Part shown: positions 19,389 to 30,685 of the stretch, piece by piece | Position numbering within the stretch: position 1 is the stretch's first letter | Layout of the letters: every line of letters starts with the position of its first letter | NCBI GenBank assembly: GCA_042408215.1 | Contig: JAYFMW010000014.1 | Span: forward strand, 49,555 to 113,554 | Source of the DNA: Microcoleus sp. | GTDB taxonomy: Bacteria; Cyanobacteriota; Cyanobacteriia; Cyanobacteriales; Microcoleaceae | Direction: 5' to 3' | DNA: 64,000 nucleotides | The notes under the pieces: model-generated | Databases searched by the model: none | What the model saw: only the letters and a program-made list of their open reading frames with translations | What the model was told of the DNA's origin: nothing | Position numbers and translations under genes: made by a program

Positions 19389-22300
19389 TCAAGCAATTTT
19401 CGCCTTCTTCAACCAATAATTTACCAACAGCTTGCTAGCATCATTTACTGATAGTGCACGGCTGAAATAATGACCCTGAATTTCTTGACAGTGGAGCGAT
19501 CGCAAACACTCCAACTGCTCTTGAGTTTCTACTCCTTCTGCTACCACGCTCAAGTTCAAATCTCGCCCCAGAGTTGCTACGGCATTTGCGATCGCCCTTT
19601 CGCAGGGATCTGTCGTCATTTCGCTGACAAAGGATTTGTCTATTTTTAAGATATTCAGGGGAAACTTTTTGAGATAATTTAGAGAACAATAACCCGTTCC
19701 GAAATCATCCAGCGCAATCTGCACACCCATATTCTGCAAATCCTTCAGAACTTTTGTGGTATAATCCACATCTTGCATTGCTGTAGTCTCCGTAATTTCC
19801 AACTCTAAATACTTGGGTTCTAAACCAGTTTTATCCAAACATTTGGTCACCATTTCTAATAAATTAAATTGCTGGAACTGCCTAGCAGAAAAGTTAACTG
19901 CTATCCGCAAATCTGGCTGCAAGGCATCCTGCCAAGCTTTATTTTGGGTACAGGCAGTTTCCAGTACCCATTCGCCAATAGCTACAATTAGTCCGTTCTC
20001 TTCGGCGATCGGAATAAATGTACCCGGAGAAACTAAACCCAATTCTGGGTGATGCCAGCGCAGCAGGGCTTCCATGCCCTGTATTTTCCAAGTAGTGATG
20101 TTGACTTTTGGCTGGTAGTAAACCTCAAATTCTCCCTTTTGTAGAGCGTCGTGCAACCGGTTTTCTAGAGTTAGCAACTGACTGCCTTGGGGATTAATAG
20201 TTGAAGTATAAAACTGATAGTTATTTCTTCCCCTTTCTTTAGCGCGGTACAAGGCTGCATCTGCATTTTTGACTAAAGTTTCGGCATCCTCCCCATCTTC
20301 GGGATAGATGGCAATGCCGATGCTGCTGGTGACGTGCAGTGACTGTTCTTCCAGTTTAAATACTGGCTTTAAATTCTCTTGTATTCTTTGAGCCATTTTG
20401 ACTGCATCTTCTAGGGAATTGATGTCTGGTAGTAGCACAGTAAATTCGTCCCCTCCCCAGCGGGCTACGGTATCAGTAGATCGCAAACTGTCGCTGATCC
20501 GTGCGGCAAAACTTTCCAACAGTCGATCGCCCGCTGCGTGACCTAGTGTATCATTAATCTTTTTGAATCTGTCTAAGTCTAAAAACATCACAGCCAGCAT
20601 TGTTTGGCTGTTGCGAGGCTTGGTTAATGCCGCCAATAGACGCTCATTAAAAAGTAGGCGATTCGGCAAACCAGTTAATTGGTCATAAACAGCTTGATAG
20701 CGAATAATTGCTTCAGATTGCTTGCGCTGAGTGATGTCCATCATCGTGCCGATAGCGCGCACTGCTTTGCCGCTTTCATTACGGATTATATATCCCCGAT
20801 CTAGCACAAAAACATATCCGCCATCGGCACGGCGAAAGCTGTATTCCTCCGACCAACATTGAGCGTCACCGTTGATTGTTTCATTGAAGCTCGCGATCAC
20901 TTTTTCCATTTCTTCAGGATGAATATTTCGCCGCCAAAATTCGACTCTTATTGTCTGATATTCATTGAGTTTATGTCCAAATAATTTCTCAAATTCTCCG
21001 CTCACCCAATACTGATTTTTGGACAAATTCAAGTCCCAAACTGCATCATTTGTGGCTCGCGTCAGCAGGTTAAAGCGTTCTTCGCTTTTGCGCAGTGCTT
21101 CTTCTGAACGCAGCCGTTCAGTTACATCTCGAAAGCTGAACACTCTACCAGTAATTTTTCCTCCTGTGCGCTGCGGGAGCGAGTACCGCTCGAAGATTCT
21201 ACCGTCTTTAAATTCGATAATATCGAAACTTTCTGCTTCCGGTCGCTCGGACAATTCTTGAGCGCTGTTTAGAAAGATTTCCGGGTATTTTAACTGATTG
21301 ATTCCGCAGCCAAAAATTTGGTTATTATCTCGGGAATCGAGCCAGAAATCCGGCAGTTGCCACAGCTGGGCAAACTTACGATTAAAGCTGACAATTTTTC
21401 CTGTACTGTCAACTGCAAGAATGCCATCCGCCGTAGATTCAATTGTTGCTTGAAGTAAGGAAAGAGATGTTTCTAGTTCTAACTCTGCTAGTTTGCGATC
21501 GCTAATATCAAAAGCCGTGACTAAGATTGACGCTTTGCTCTCGAATTTAATCAGATTTAATGTTGCTTCAATCCAGCATTTATCCTCCGTTTTTGTAAGA
21601 ATTTGAATTTCATACTTTGAGCTAATATCTTCTCTCTGCTGGGTGATTTTACCCCAATTTTTAACTATCGGTATAAAATCGGGATGAATTAAGTCGTATA
21701 AATCTACGGCTAGCAATTCTTCGCGAGTATATCCGGTAATAGCTGATGTCTGAGAATTGACATAACGCAATTGCCGGCCTTGATAGATAAATGCAGCAGC
21801 ATTAACAGTGTCTGCTAGTTGCCGAAACTTCTTTTCACTGCGACGCAAATCTCTTTCTACCCGCTTGTGTTCCGTAATATCTTGCGCTACATATAACTTG
21901 CCGCTTACCTCGCCTTTCCCGTCGCGAATAGTTGAAATAGAAAGCAGTACAATTATTTTTTGTCCCTGTTTCGATAAGTAAACTTTCTCGATGTTGTGCA
22001 GCAAACCTTCAGGTGTTAAATTTTCTAATTCTAACACTGAAAACGGGAATTCTGTTTTGTTGAAAACTCTGGATATTGATTGACCGATTAACTCTTTTTT
22101 AGAGTATCCTAAAAGTTGACAGGTAGCTTGATTTAACGACAGGATATGACCTCCCGGCGTGGTCGCAATTATGGAAACACTCATTTCCTCGCAAATATCG
22201 AGTGCGTATTCCGCAGTTTGCTGCAAATCTTGGGTCATTTTTGTAAGAGTATCCCCGAGTTCCTGTTCTTGTTTTTGATGAAAAACTTTTTGGCCTAACC

Positions 22301-22700
22301 TTGGATAGTCATTGTCAGTTTCAGACTTCGGTTTGATTGACTCGATCGCCTGAGCTAACATATTGGGTATATTCTTCCTCATTAATAAGGAGATGAATAC
22401 CGAAATAAACGCCAGAGAAGAGCTAATTTTTGTGAAACTATAACCATCATTTGGGGGGGGATTTTCTGCCGTCGATCCGAGATAGTTTTCCTGCGGATTC
22501 ACAGGCTGCATTTGGGATGAGCGACCCCCTAATTCTGCCCTTGTAAAAATACTCGGACGAGATGCCGTTGCTACAGTTTCTGCTACAGCCAGAGTCCCGT
22601 TGATATCTGCTGCTGGTAGCATTTTTATATTGCTCCGACCTTCTATACTAAAAATAGCAGTAATTAAACATCCTAACAGTAATTTACCAGTAATTTTCAT
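19389..22700 (-). CDS. Multi-PAS diguanylate cyclase/phosphodiesterase (GGDEF-EAL)
   Basis: DITEHK/DISDRK/DVTERL/DITQRK PAS linkers, RWGGDEF, EALLRW, DDFGTGY. Confidence 0.92.
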   Translation of the reverse strand: MKITGKLLLGCLITAIFSIEGRSNIKMLPAADINGTLAVAETVATASRPSIFTRAELGGRSSQMQPVNPQENYLGSTAENPPPNDGYSFTKISSSLAFISVFISLLMRKNIPNMLAQAIESIKPKSETDNDYPRLGQKVFHQKQEQELGDTLTKMTQDLQQTAEYALDICEEMSVSIIATTPGGHILSLNQATCQLLGYSKKELIGQSISRVFNKTEFPFSVLELENLTPEGLLHNIEKVYLSKQGQKIIVLLSISTIRDGKGEVSGKLYVAQDITEHKRVERDLRRSEKKFRQLADTVNAAAFIYQGRQLRYVNSQTSAITGYTREELLAVDLYDLIHPDFIPIVKNWGKITQQREDISSKYEIQILTKTEDKCWIEATLNLIKFESKASILVTAFDISDRKLAELELETSLSLLQATIESTADGILAVDSTGKIVSFNRKFAQLWQLPDFWLDSRDNNQIFGCGINQLKYPEIFLNSAQELSERPEAESFDIIEFKDGRIFERYSLPQRTGGKITGRVFSFRDVTERLRSEEALRKSEERFNLLTRATNDAVWDLNLSKNQYWVSGEFEKLFGHKLNEYQTIRVEFWRRNIHPEEMEKVIASFNETINGDAQCWSEEYSFRRADGGYVFVLDRGYIIRNESGKAVRAIGTMMDITQRKQSEAIIRYQAVYDQLTGLPNRLLFNERLLAALTKPRNSQTMLAVMFLDLDRFKKINDTLGHAAGDRLLESFAARISDSLRSTDTVARWGGDEFTVLLPDINSLEDAVKMAQRIQENLKPVFKLEEQSLHVTSSIGIAIYPEDGEDAETLVKNADAALYRAKERGRNNYQFYTSTINPQGSQLLTLENRLHDALQKGEFEVYYQPKVNITTWKIQGMEALLRWHHPELGLVSPGTFIPIAEENGLIVAIGEWVLETACTQNKAWQDALQPDLRIAVNFSARQFQQFNLLEMVTKCLDKTGLEPKYLELEITETTAMQDVDYTTKVLKDLQNMGVQIALDDFGTGYCSLNYLKKFPLNILKIDKSFVSEMTTDPCERAIANAVATLGRDLNLSVVAEGVETQEQLECLRSLHCQEIQGHYFSRALSVNDASKLLVNYWLKKAKIA

Positions 22701-23020
22701 GGCACTTAATTCCTGATTTAAAAAAATGGCCAGCGGTAAAAGAGCTAAAAAAATTGAGTAGAACCTGTCCTGTGTGAGTCAAACCGAAACCAACTTAATT
22801 TAACTTAATTTTTTAACTTGAATCTTCACAGAATCAGAAAATTAGCCAGAACCATAATTATAATTATAATCTGAATTTAAAATGTGTCATCAGTCCTTAG
22901 ACCGAGACACCACCTGCGATCGCGCTAAAATGAGATATTTTTAACAGGGAGGCGTCCTGGATTTGTTGGAAAAATAAATAATTAGCTTAAAATCGATGCA
23001 GAGGCCCACTAATTGAACCT

Positions 23021-23593
23021 ATGAGTCAGACAATCCCAGAACTCCAAACAGAAGTCCGCACCCTGCAAGCAGAAATTGTCACCCTGCGAGAGTCGCGGGA
23101 AAAACTTGGCAAACAGCGCTCCTTGTGCCGCATCGCAGTCAGTTTTCCCAAGGATAATACCCCGGAAGCCATTGCCGAGTTCCACCAGCAAAATGCTGCT
23201 TTTGGGGAGCAGTGGTTGCAGCAACTCGAAGAGATTGACCGAGAAATCAGAACTATTGAAAAGCAATTGCCACAAAAACAGCTTCTAATTGAATACAAAC
23301 AAGCTGAAATCGAAAAAATACTGGCTGGACAGCACTGGCAAGAAATAGAAAATAAAATTCAGATGGGGGAAGAGCGCTTGCAGGCACAAACTCGCCGGAT
23401 CAATCAGATAGCAGCGCAGCTAGAGGCTGAAATACGGACTTTAAAAGCGCTATCTGATGAGTTCAGTCCCAGTTATGCTGAGTGGTTTCAACAACCAACT
23501 CAAATCGTTAAATTTTCGGCAAAAACTATCCCTCAAGCTGTTGCTAAAAACAACGGCTTTGTCCTAGAAAGTAAGGAGATAGACTGGGAGTAA
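23021..23593 (+). CDS. Hypothetical coiled-coil protein
   Basis: 190-aa Q/E-rich heptad ORF. Confidence 0.65.
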   Translation: MSQTIPELQTEVRTLQAEIVTLRESREKLGKQRSLCRIAVSFPKDNTPEAIAEFHQQNAAFGEQWLQQLEEIDREIRTIEKQLPQKQLLIEYKQAEIEKILAGQHWQEIENKIQMGEERLQAQTRRINQIAAQLEAEIRTLKALSDEFSPSYAEWFQQPTQIVKFSAKTIPQAVAKNNGFVLESKEIDWE

Positions 23594-23633
23594 AAATAAA
23601 TATTTTTGATATAGTAGTAGGGACACTGCAAGG

Positions 23634-23835
23634 CCCATTAGTGTCAACTTAACATCAAATGCTGTCACAGATTGCTGTTTAACTATTAAGCTTAGATCCC
23701 CCCTAGCCCCCCTTAATAAGGGGGGGACAAGAGTCTTCTCAAAGTCCCCCTTATTAAGGGGGATTTAGGGGGATCTAGACTTAGCGTAAAAACGATATTT
23801 CTCAAGGGTTGTAGTCTTAACTTGACACCAATGTG
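23634..23835. mobile_element. ~200-bp MITE with cccattRGTGTCAACTTAA terminal inverted repeats and an internal GATCCCCC..GGGGGATC palindrome
   Basis: Further copies at ~27039-27260, ~30413-30626 and a partial one at ~10640-10870. Confidence 0.7.
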
Positions 23836-23884
23836 CAATGCGGTGTCCCTAGGGAGATTTATCTGGAATGTACTTGAAATATTA

Positions 23885-24922
23885 ATGAAACAACTGATTT
23901 GGATAGTTCTATTTACTATATTTGCTGTTGGGGCTGTCGGTTGGGGTTCCTATTCGTGGCAGGATTTGTCGCCAGTACCCGAAGTTCGGAGCGGAGGCAA
24001 TATCAGCATTTCCCAAAACCCCTCTGACTCGCGGCTTCCTGCTGAAAAACCACAAGTTGATTTTCCCCAAATTGACCAGTCCAGTTTGTGGAAACACGTT
24101 GAGATTTTAGCAGGAGAACGTGAGGGAGAAAGCGATCGAATTTTCGCCAGAGACTACATTTCCAAACAACTGCAAATATCGGGATTTTCCCCGGAATTGC
24201 AGCCCTTCGATCGAGGCACTAACGTCTTTGCCGAAAGAAAAGGTACGGACTCAAAAGCCGGTGCAATTCTCGTCGCCGCCCACTACGATACCGTACTCAA
24301 ATCCCCCGGTGCTGATGACAATGCTACGGGAGTTGCAGTAGTTTTAGAAGTAGCGCGACTGCTGGCTTCTCGTCCCACACCTCGGACACTGCAAGTCGCA
24401 TTTTTTGACAGAGAAGAAATCGGACTTTTAGGTAGTTTAGCATTTACCGGTAATGCAGCAAGGTTAAAAGATTTGCAGGGAGTGGTAGTCTTAGATATGG
24501 TAGGTTATGCCTGTCATACTTCGGGTTGTCAGCGATATCCTGAAGGGTTGACACCAGCACCTTTTTTAGATGCTGCGGGGGTGACTTCTCCCGATTTGGG
24601 CGAATTTATCGCAGTGGTTGGTGATGCGGAACATCCGCTGCTATTGGGAACTTTTGCGGAGTCTGGAACAACTGGTTTACCTGCGGTGGTGACGCTACCG
24701 GTTCCCCTCAAAGGGTTGCTGACTCCCGATGTTTTGCGGAGCGATCATGCAGCTTTCTGGTATAAGGGAGTGGGTGCGGTGTTGGTGACTGATACGGCAA
24801 ATTTGCGATCGCCCCACTATCACCAATCTAGCGATACTCTAGCAACTATCGATCGACCTTTCTTTGCCGGTTCTGCTCAAATTGTTGTCAACGCTACTGC
24901 TAAATTATTGGAAATTCGGTAA
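23885..24922 (+). CDS. M28-family peptidase
   Basis: AHYDTV, PGADDNATG, FDREEIGLLGS, RSDH, YHQSSDT. Confidence 0.9.
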   Translation: MKQLIWIVLFTIFAVGAVGWGSYSWQDLSPVPEVRSGGNISISQNPSDSRLPAEKPQVDFPQIDQSSLWKHVEILAGEREGESDRIFARDYISKQLQISGFSPELQPFDRGTNVFAERKGTDSKAGAILVAAHYDTVLKSPGADDNATGVAVVLEVARLLASRPTPRTLQVAFFDREEIGLLGSLAFTGNAARLKDLQGVVVLDMVGYACHTSGCQRYPEGLTPAPFLDAAGVTSPDLGEFIAVVGDAEHPLLLGTFAESGTTGLPAVVTLPVPLKGLLTPDVLRSDHAAFWYKGVGAVLVTDTANLRSPHYHQSSDTLATIDRPFFAGSAQIVVNATAKLLEIR

Positions 24923-25074
24923 TTGGGAATTGGGCATAGGGCATAGGGCATGGGGCATGGGGCATTGGTAATTGATTATTATAACGAACAACGAACAACA
25001 AAAATAGCACCAATAACTAATGACCAATGACTCATGACTAATAACTAATGACTAATGACTAATGACTAAAAAAA

Positions 25075-26979
25075 ATGACTAACCAAGAAAACCTACGACA
25101 GCATTTACTCCAACTAGACAATCGCAGCTACAAAGCCTACAAAGACATTCAAGGTAGCTATGACTTTTCAGAATTCACATTAATCGTTGATTATGTTCAA
25201 GGAGATCCCTTCGCTTCTCCCAGTAAATTTAGAGTCAGAGTTCCGCAAAATATTGCTCAACTTCCCGGCGAACTTTTCAACTCTCGCAGTCGAGAAATAG
25301 CCCTCCGAGATTACCTAACTCGCTCCTTTGACAAAGCCGCATATAGCATTAGTAGCAAACGCGGTACTGGCAAAAGTGGTTTGATTGCAGTGACTCGCTT
25401 CGGACAAGAAGTTTTAGAGCGAACTTCAGCATTGATCGTTGACTCAAATACATCCGATGTCGAAGATTTAGGAGGAGTTGAACTGCGATTTGCCGTCGGA
25501 CTTCCGGCGGGCGGGCGCAGCATTTTAGGACGACAAGCTGCTGAAATGCTGTGCGAAGATATCCCACAAATTGTCAGCCAATCTCTGAAATATGCTAACT
25601 TAAATGCTGCTGAATGTCGCCGTCATGTTGAAACTGTAGAAGATGCTGATTGGCTGCGACAGCAGTTAGCTGAAAAAGGATTAGTTGCCTTTGTTGCTGA
25701 TGGTTCTATTTTACCTCGTCGCACTGGCTTTGACAATCGCCCTTTGTTAAATAATCCTGTGGCTTTTCAGTCGCCACCGTCGTTAAAAGTTGAGTTTAAT
25801 TGTCCGAATCAAGGTTTAATTTCCGGTCTGGGTATTCCCGCTGGCATTACTTTGATTGTTGGGGGTGGCTATCATGGGAAATCGACTCTACTGAGAGCGA
25901 TAGAGTTGGGAGTTTATAACCGGATTCCGGGAGATGGCCGGGAATTTGTGGTGACTAATCCGGCGGCGGTTAAAATTAGGGCGGAAGATGGCAGAAGTGT
26001 TGCGGGAGTTGATATTTCGCCTTTTATTAATCACTTGCCTCAAGGTAGAGATACTTCACAATTTTATACGGAAAATGCGAGCGGTAGCACGTCACAAGCT
26101 GCTAATATTATTGAGGCTTTGGAAGTGGGGAGAGGGAAGTTCGGCAACGGATTCTGTAACGGATTTAACGGATGTCAGGAAGAAGAGATCAAGAATGGTT
26201 CGACTACGCACGCGCCTACCGCCGCGTCAGGAAGAAGGAAGAAGCAAGAACCAAGAGGGAAGGAGGAAGAGGGGAGAAGGAAGAGGGAAGGGGATTTAGT
26301 GCCTGTTTTATTGGTTGATGAGGATACGGCGGCGACTAATTTTATGATTCGCGATCGCCGAATGCAGAAACTCATCGCTAAGGCTCAAGAACCGATTACG
26401 CCGTTTATTGATAAAGTGAGACAATTGTATGCGGATTATGGCGTATCAACTATTTTAGTCATGGGCGGAAGCGGTGACTATTTTGATGTGGCGGATACTG
26501 TGATTTCAATGGATAATTTTCAAGCCTATGATGTGACGCAAAAAGCTAAAGAAATTGCGAAAAATTACTCGACTAGCCGCGCTGGTGAAGGGGGAGAAAA
26601 TTTTGGTAAAATTAGTCAAAGAGTGCCGATTCCTGCTAGTTTAGATCCGAGTCGGGGACGGCGAGATGTTCGGGTGAAGGTGCGGGATGTTGATGAATTG
26701 GCTTTCGGAACTGAGGAGATTGATTTGGCTGCTGTGGAACAAATTGTGGATAGCGGACAGTTAAGGGCGATCGCCGCGGCAATGGTTTATGCTAAACAGC
26801 AATATATGGATGGGAAACGCACTTTATCGGAAATTATAGATTTGGTGATGGCAGATATTGACGATGGCGGGATGGATATTTTATCGCCTTTTCCTGAAGG
26901 GGATTTTGCCATGTTTCGACGGTTTGAATTAGCGGCTGCAATTAATCGGCTTCGTAGTTTGTCCGTTGTTGCTAATTAG
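25075..26979 (+). CDS. ABC-ATPase-domain (PF09818-like) P-loop protein with an in-frame repeat insertion
   Basis: VQGDPFASPS, GGGYHGKST, ASGSTSQAANIIEA, DEDTAATNFMIRD. Confidence 0.85.
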   Translation: MTNQENLRQHLLQLDNRSYKAYKDIQGSYDFSEFTLIVDYVQGDPFASPSKFRVRVPQNIAQLPGELFNSRSREIALRDYLTRSFDKAAYSISSKRGTGKSGLIAVTRFGQEVLERTSALIVDSNTSDVEDLGGVELRFAVGLPAGGRSILGRQAAEMLCEDIPQIVSQSLKYANLNAAECRRHVETVEDADWLRQQLAEKGLVAFVADGSILPRRTGFDNRPLLNNPVAFQSPPSLKVEFNCPNQGLISGLGIPAGITLIVGGGYHGKSTLLRAIELGVYNRIPGDGREFVVTNPAAVKIRAEDGRSVAGVDISPFINHLPQGRDTSQFYTENASGSTSQAANIIEALEVGRGKFGNGFCNGFNGCQEEEIKNGSTTHAPTAASGRRKKQEPRGKEEEGRRKREGDLVPVLLVDEDTAATNFMIRDRRMQKLIAKAQEPITPFIDKVRQLYADYGVSTILVMGGSGDYFDVADTVISMDNFQAYDVTQKAKEIAKNYSTSRAGEGGENFGKISQRVPIPASLDPSRGRRDVRVKVRDVDELAFGTEEIDLAAVEQIVDSGQLRAIAAAMVYAKQQYMDGKRTLSEIIDLVMADIDDGGMDILSPFPEGDFAMFRRFELAAAINRLRSLSVVAN

Positions 26980-27386
26980 ACTTGCTTAATATAAGTGTAT
27001 TCCAGGTTTATGAAGTGTAGTAGGGACAAAGGCTTTCGCCCAGTGGTGTCAACAATCGCCTAAAACCATTGAGAAATCTCGCTTTTAGCTAAGTCTAGAT
27101 CCCCCTAAATCCCCCTTAAGAAGGGGGACTTTGAGCGGATTCTTGTCCCACACCCCCTACTCCCCTACTCCCCTTCTTAAGGGGGGCGCCGGGGGTATCT
27201 GGCCTTAATAGTCAAACAGCATTCTGTGACTGGGTTTGACGTTAAGTTGACACCAATGGGCACGCTTGAGTGTCCCTACGGGGATCGATCGGGGGTGTAC
27301 TTCATAAACGTGGAATCTGCTGTAAGTGTATTGTTGTCCTACTTTTGATATGCTGAAAAAGTGAGTCCAAAAACCGCAATTTAAGT

Positions 27387-29813
27387 ATGAAAGGCAATAT
27401 AGGACAACCGACAGCTTTAAGCGATCGACCATATTTAGTATTAAATAGTCAAGGCGAAGTTCTACAGTTTGAGTTGAAACAGCAGCAGCACGTATTGGGG
27501 CGCGATCGCAAAGCCGATTTAATCGTACCCGACACCGAACCCTGGCGTGTTGTTTCCAATGAGCACGCTGTTTTGCGCCAAAAAGGCGATAATTACTGGA
27601 TTTACGACGGAGACGGCCAAAAACCGAGCACTAATGGCTTATTTGTCGATCGCACACGCATCACTCCCAACGACGGTTATTGTCTGAAAAACGGTGCAGA
27701 AATTAAAATCGGTCTTGACCCGAAAAATCAAGTTTTACTGACTTATTTTAACCCGACTGCAAATCAAGTTGTTTTACCAAACAAACAGTCAATTTCTCTC
27801 AAAAATAGGTCGGTATTATTGGGGCGCGATCCTAACGCTTCGCTGCAATTAGATGCGCCACTTGTATCTAGACGCCACGCGACAATTGACCAAGATAGTC
27901 GCGGCAATTATCTTTTACGAGACTACAGCGTTAACGGGGTGTTTGTTAACGGTCAGCGAGTCACCAATTCTGTACAATTGTCCGAGGGAGATGCGATTCG
28001 GATCGGCCCGTTTACTTTAATTTACCGTAGTGGTGAGTTGGAGATGCAAGACTCCGGCCATCAAATTCGCTTGGATGCTGACTGTCTGGTGATTCCAAAG
28101 CGTTTGGATGGGATCAAATTAGCGATCGAACCAGGGCAATTTGTGGCTTTAGTCGGCGGTAGCGGCGCGGGAAAATCTACTTTAATGCGGACGCTTTTAG
28201 GGATTGAAAAAACTACTGAAGGTGTAGTTTATCTCAACGGCGATAACCTCCGAAAAAACTTTAATATTTACCGCAATCAAATTGGTTACGTGCCTCAAGA
28301 TGATATTGTCCACGCAGATTTGACAGTAGAAGAAGTCTTAACTTATGCAGCTAAATTGCGTCTACCTCCCGATACAGATGTTAATCAAGTAGTCTCAAAA
28401 ACCTTAGAAGATATTGAGATGACTCACCGTCGCAATGCTTTAGTAAAAGAACTTAGCGGCGGACAGCGGAAGCGGGTTAGTATCGGAGTCGAACTGTTAG
28501 CAGACCCGAAACTTTTCTTTTTGGACGAACCGACTTCAGGACTCGATCCGGGTTTGGATAAAAAGATGATGCAACTGCTGCGAAAGTTGGCAAATCAAGG
28601 TCGGACGGTGATTTTGGTGACTCACGCGACGGCGAATATCACGATGTGCGATCGCATAGTGTTTATGGGTCGTGGCGGTCGCCTTTGTTACTTCGGCCCG
28701 CCAACGGTCGCCCTAGATTTTTTCGATGTCAAAAATGGTGATTTTGCCGACATTTACAACGAATTAGAAACAGGAGAAACCAACGTTCAAAGCTGGGCGG
28801 ATAAGTTTCACAGTTCTCCATATTATCAGCAATATATCGTCAATCACTTCAGCGCCGGCAACCCCGAAGGAAAAACACCGACTGCGCCTCCCAAGCCAAA
28901 GTCTGTATCTTTTGTCCAACAACTTGTTCTGCTAGCTCAGCGCTATTTTCAGCTAATTTCGCGGGACGTAGTTAACTTAAGTTTAGCTCTTTTAACTGCA
29001 CCAATCGGCATTAGTTTACTGCGGCTTGCAGTCAGAGACAAAGACCCGTTAATTGGCGCACCGGAAGCAACTTTAGCACCTTTGGCGTTGCGGGTTCTGT
29101 TTGTCTTTACCTGTGCGGCGATTTGGGTAGGATTGGCAACTTCTCTGCAAGAAATTGTCAAAGAATCAGCTATTTATCTGCGGGAACGTTTAGTAAATTT
29201 AGGATTATTTGCTTATGTGGGTTCAAAAGTTTTAATCCTTTCCGGGTTGGCCGTATTGCAAACTATCTTAATGGTAGGAGTAATTTTGATTGCTTTTAAA
29301 CACCCAGAACCGAGTTTAATTTCATGGACTGTGGGAGTAAGTATTACCACTTTTCTAACTTTACTGAGTTGTGTTAGTCTCGGATTAGTCGTTTCAGCGA
29401 TTGTTAAAAATGGCTCTCAAGCTAATAGCGCTTTGCCTCTATTATTGCTGCCTCAGATTATCTTTTCTGGAGTTTTGTTTAAGATGGAAGGTGCGGCGAG
29501 CAAGTTTTCTTGGCTGATGTTAAGCCGCTGGTCTGTGGGTGCTTACGGTTCTTTGGTTAATGTGAATGCGATGGTTCCCGCAGCTACTAAATTGCCGGAT
29601 GGGAGTACACTTCCTCAGCCCTTTGAGCCTACTCCTGTTTACGATCCAACTTGGGAGAATTTGAGTTTAAATTGGGGGATTTTGTGCGTGCATATTTTGG
29701 TTTATTTGATGTTGACTTTGTGCTTACTGAAGTGGAAGCATATTCTATCCCAATTCTTTGATATGATATCAAAGTTTTGCAAAGAAAAGGTGAAGCTAGG
29801 GGGAGGCAGATAG
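27387..29813 (+). CDS. FHA-FHA-ABC ATPase-permease fusion (Rv1747-like)
   Basis: Two FHA domains (GRD..S..HA..NG), GGSGAGKST, LSGGQRKR, LDEPTSGLDP, C-terminal TM helices. Confidence 0.92.
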   Translation: MKGNIGQPTALSDRPYLVLNSQGEVLQFELKQQQHVLGRDRKADLIVPDTEPWRVVSNEHAVLRQKGDNYWIYDGDGQKPSTNGLFVDRTRITPNDGYCLKNGAEIKIGLDPKNQVLLTYFNPTANQVVLPNKQSISLKNRSVLLGRDPNASLQLDAPLVSRRHATIDQDSRGNYLLRDYSVNGVFVNGQRVTNSVQLSEGDAIRIGPFTLIYRSGELEMQDSGHQIRLDADCLVIPKRLDGIKLAIEPGQFVALVGGSGAGKSTLMRTLLGIEKTTEGVVYLNGDNLRKNFNIYRNQIGYVPQDDIVHADLTVEEVLTYAAKLRLPPDTDVNQVVSKTLEDIEMTHRRNALVKELSGGQRKRVSIGVELLADPKLFFLDEPTSGLDPGLDKKMMQLLRKLANQGRTVILVTHATANITMCDRIVFMGRGGRLCYFGPPTVALDFFDVKNGDFADIYNELETGETNVQSWADKFHSSPYYQQYIVNHFSAGNPEGKTPTAPPKPKSVSFVQQLVLLAQRYFQLISRDVVNLSLALLTAPIGISLLRLAVRDKDPLIGAPEATLAPLALRVLFVFTCAAIWVGLATSLQEIVKESAIYLRERLVNLGLFAYVGSKVLILSGLAVLQTILMVGVILIAFKHPEPSLISWTVGVSITTFLTLLSCVSLGLVVSAIVKNGSQANSALPLLLLPQIIFSGVLFKMEGAASKFSWLMLSRWSVGAYGSLVNVNAMVPAATKLPDGSTLPQPFEPTPVYDPTWENLSLNWGILCVHILVYLMLTLCLLKWKHILSQFFDMISKFCKEKVKLGGGR

Positions 29814-29841
29814 AATATTATGAGGATAGCGAATAGATTAT

Positions 29842-30305
29842 ATGAATTATTGGCTAATGAAGTCGGAACCTGATGTTTATAGTATTGCGAATTTGAAATC
29901 TGATAAGATTTCCCTTTGGGATGGCGTTCGCAACTATCAAGCTCGTAATTTTATGCGAGAAATGAGTCTGGGAGATTTAGTATTTTTTTACCATTCTAAT
30001 ACTAAAATACCGGGAATTTTCGGCTTGATGCGTGTCGTTGAAACTAATATCGCTGACCCAACTCAGTTTGATATCAATAGTGAATATTATGATGCTAAAG
30101 CGCAGCTTGACTCACCTCGTTGGCAAACTGTGAAAGTAGAATTTGTTGAGGAATTTGCTCAAGTCAATATCTTTGGATGAATTGAAACAAGAGTTTAATG
30201 CTGACGAGATTTTGGTGGTGAGAAAAGGCAATCGGTTATCTGTGATGCCGGTATCTGCAAGCTGCGGCTCAGAAGATTTTGAAGATGAGAGAATCTAATG
30301 ATTAA
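29842..30305 (+). pseudogene. EVE-domain protein with two +1 frameshifts (possibly sequencing errors)
   Basis: YWLMKSEP, WDGVRNYQARN, FFYHS. Continues out of frame as ISLDELK...RKGNRLSVMPV and AAQKILKMRESND*. Confidence 0.8.
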
Positions 30306-30685
30306 ACCGCAGAGAGCGCAGAGAGCACAGAGTCAGAGAAGGAGGACATGGCTATGCCTTTTCTCTACCCCAAAATAATCGATTATGCTCGCGAGGAGGA
30401 CACGGCACTGCCGTGTCAACTTAACGTCAAACCCACTCAGAGACTGTTGTTTGACGATTCGAGCCTGATCCCCCCTAGCCCCCCTTAAGAAGGGGAGTAG
30501 GGGAGTAGGGGGTGTGGGACAGGAGTCTTCTCAAAGTCCCCCTTCTTAAGGGGGATTTAGGGGGATCAAGACTCAGGTAAAAGCGACATTTATCAAGGGC
30601 TTCAGGCTTAAGTTGACACTAATGGGCTTCTGGAGTGTCCTGACTGTGGGTAGCCGGAGAGCCCGCCAAAACTATTTAAAATCTC

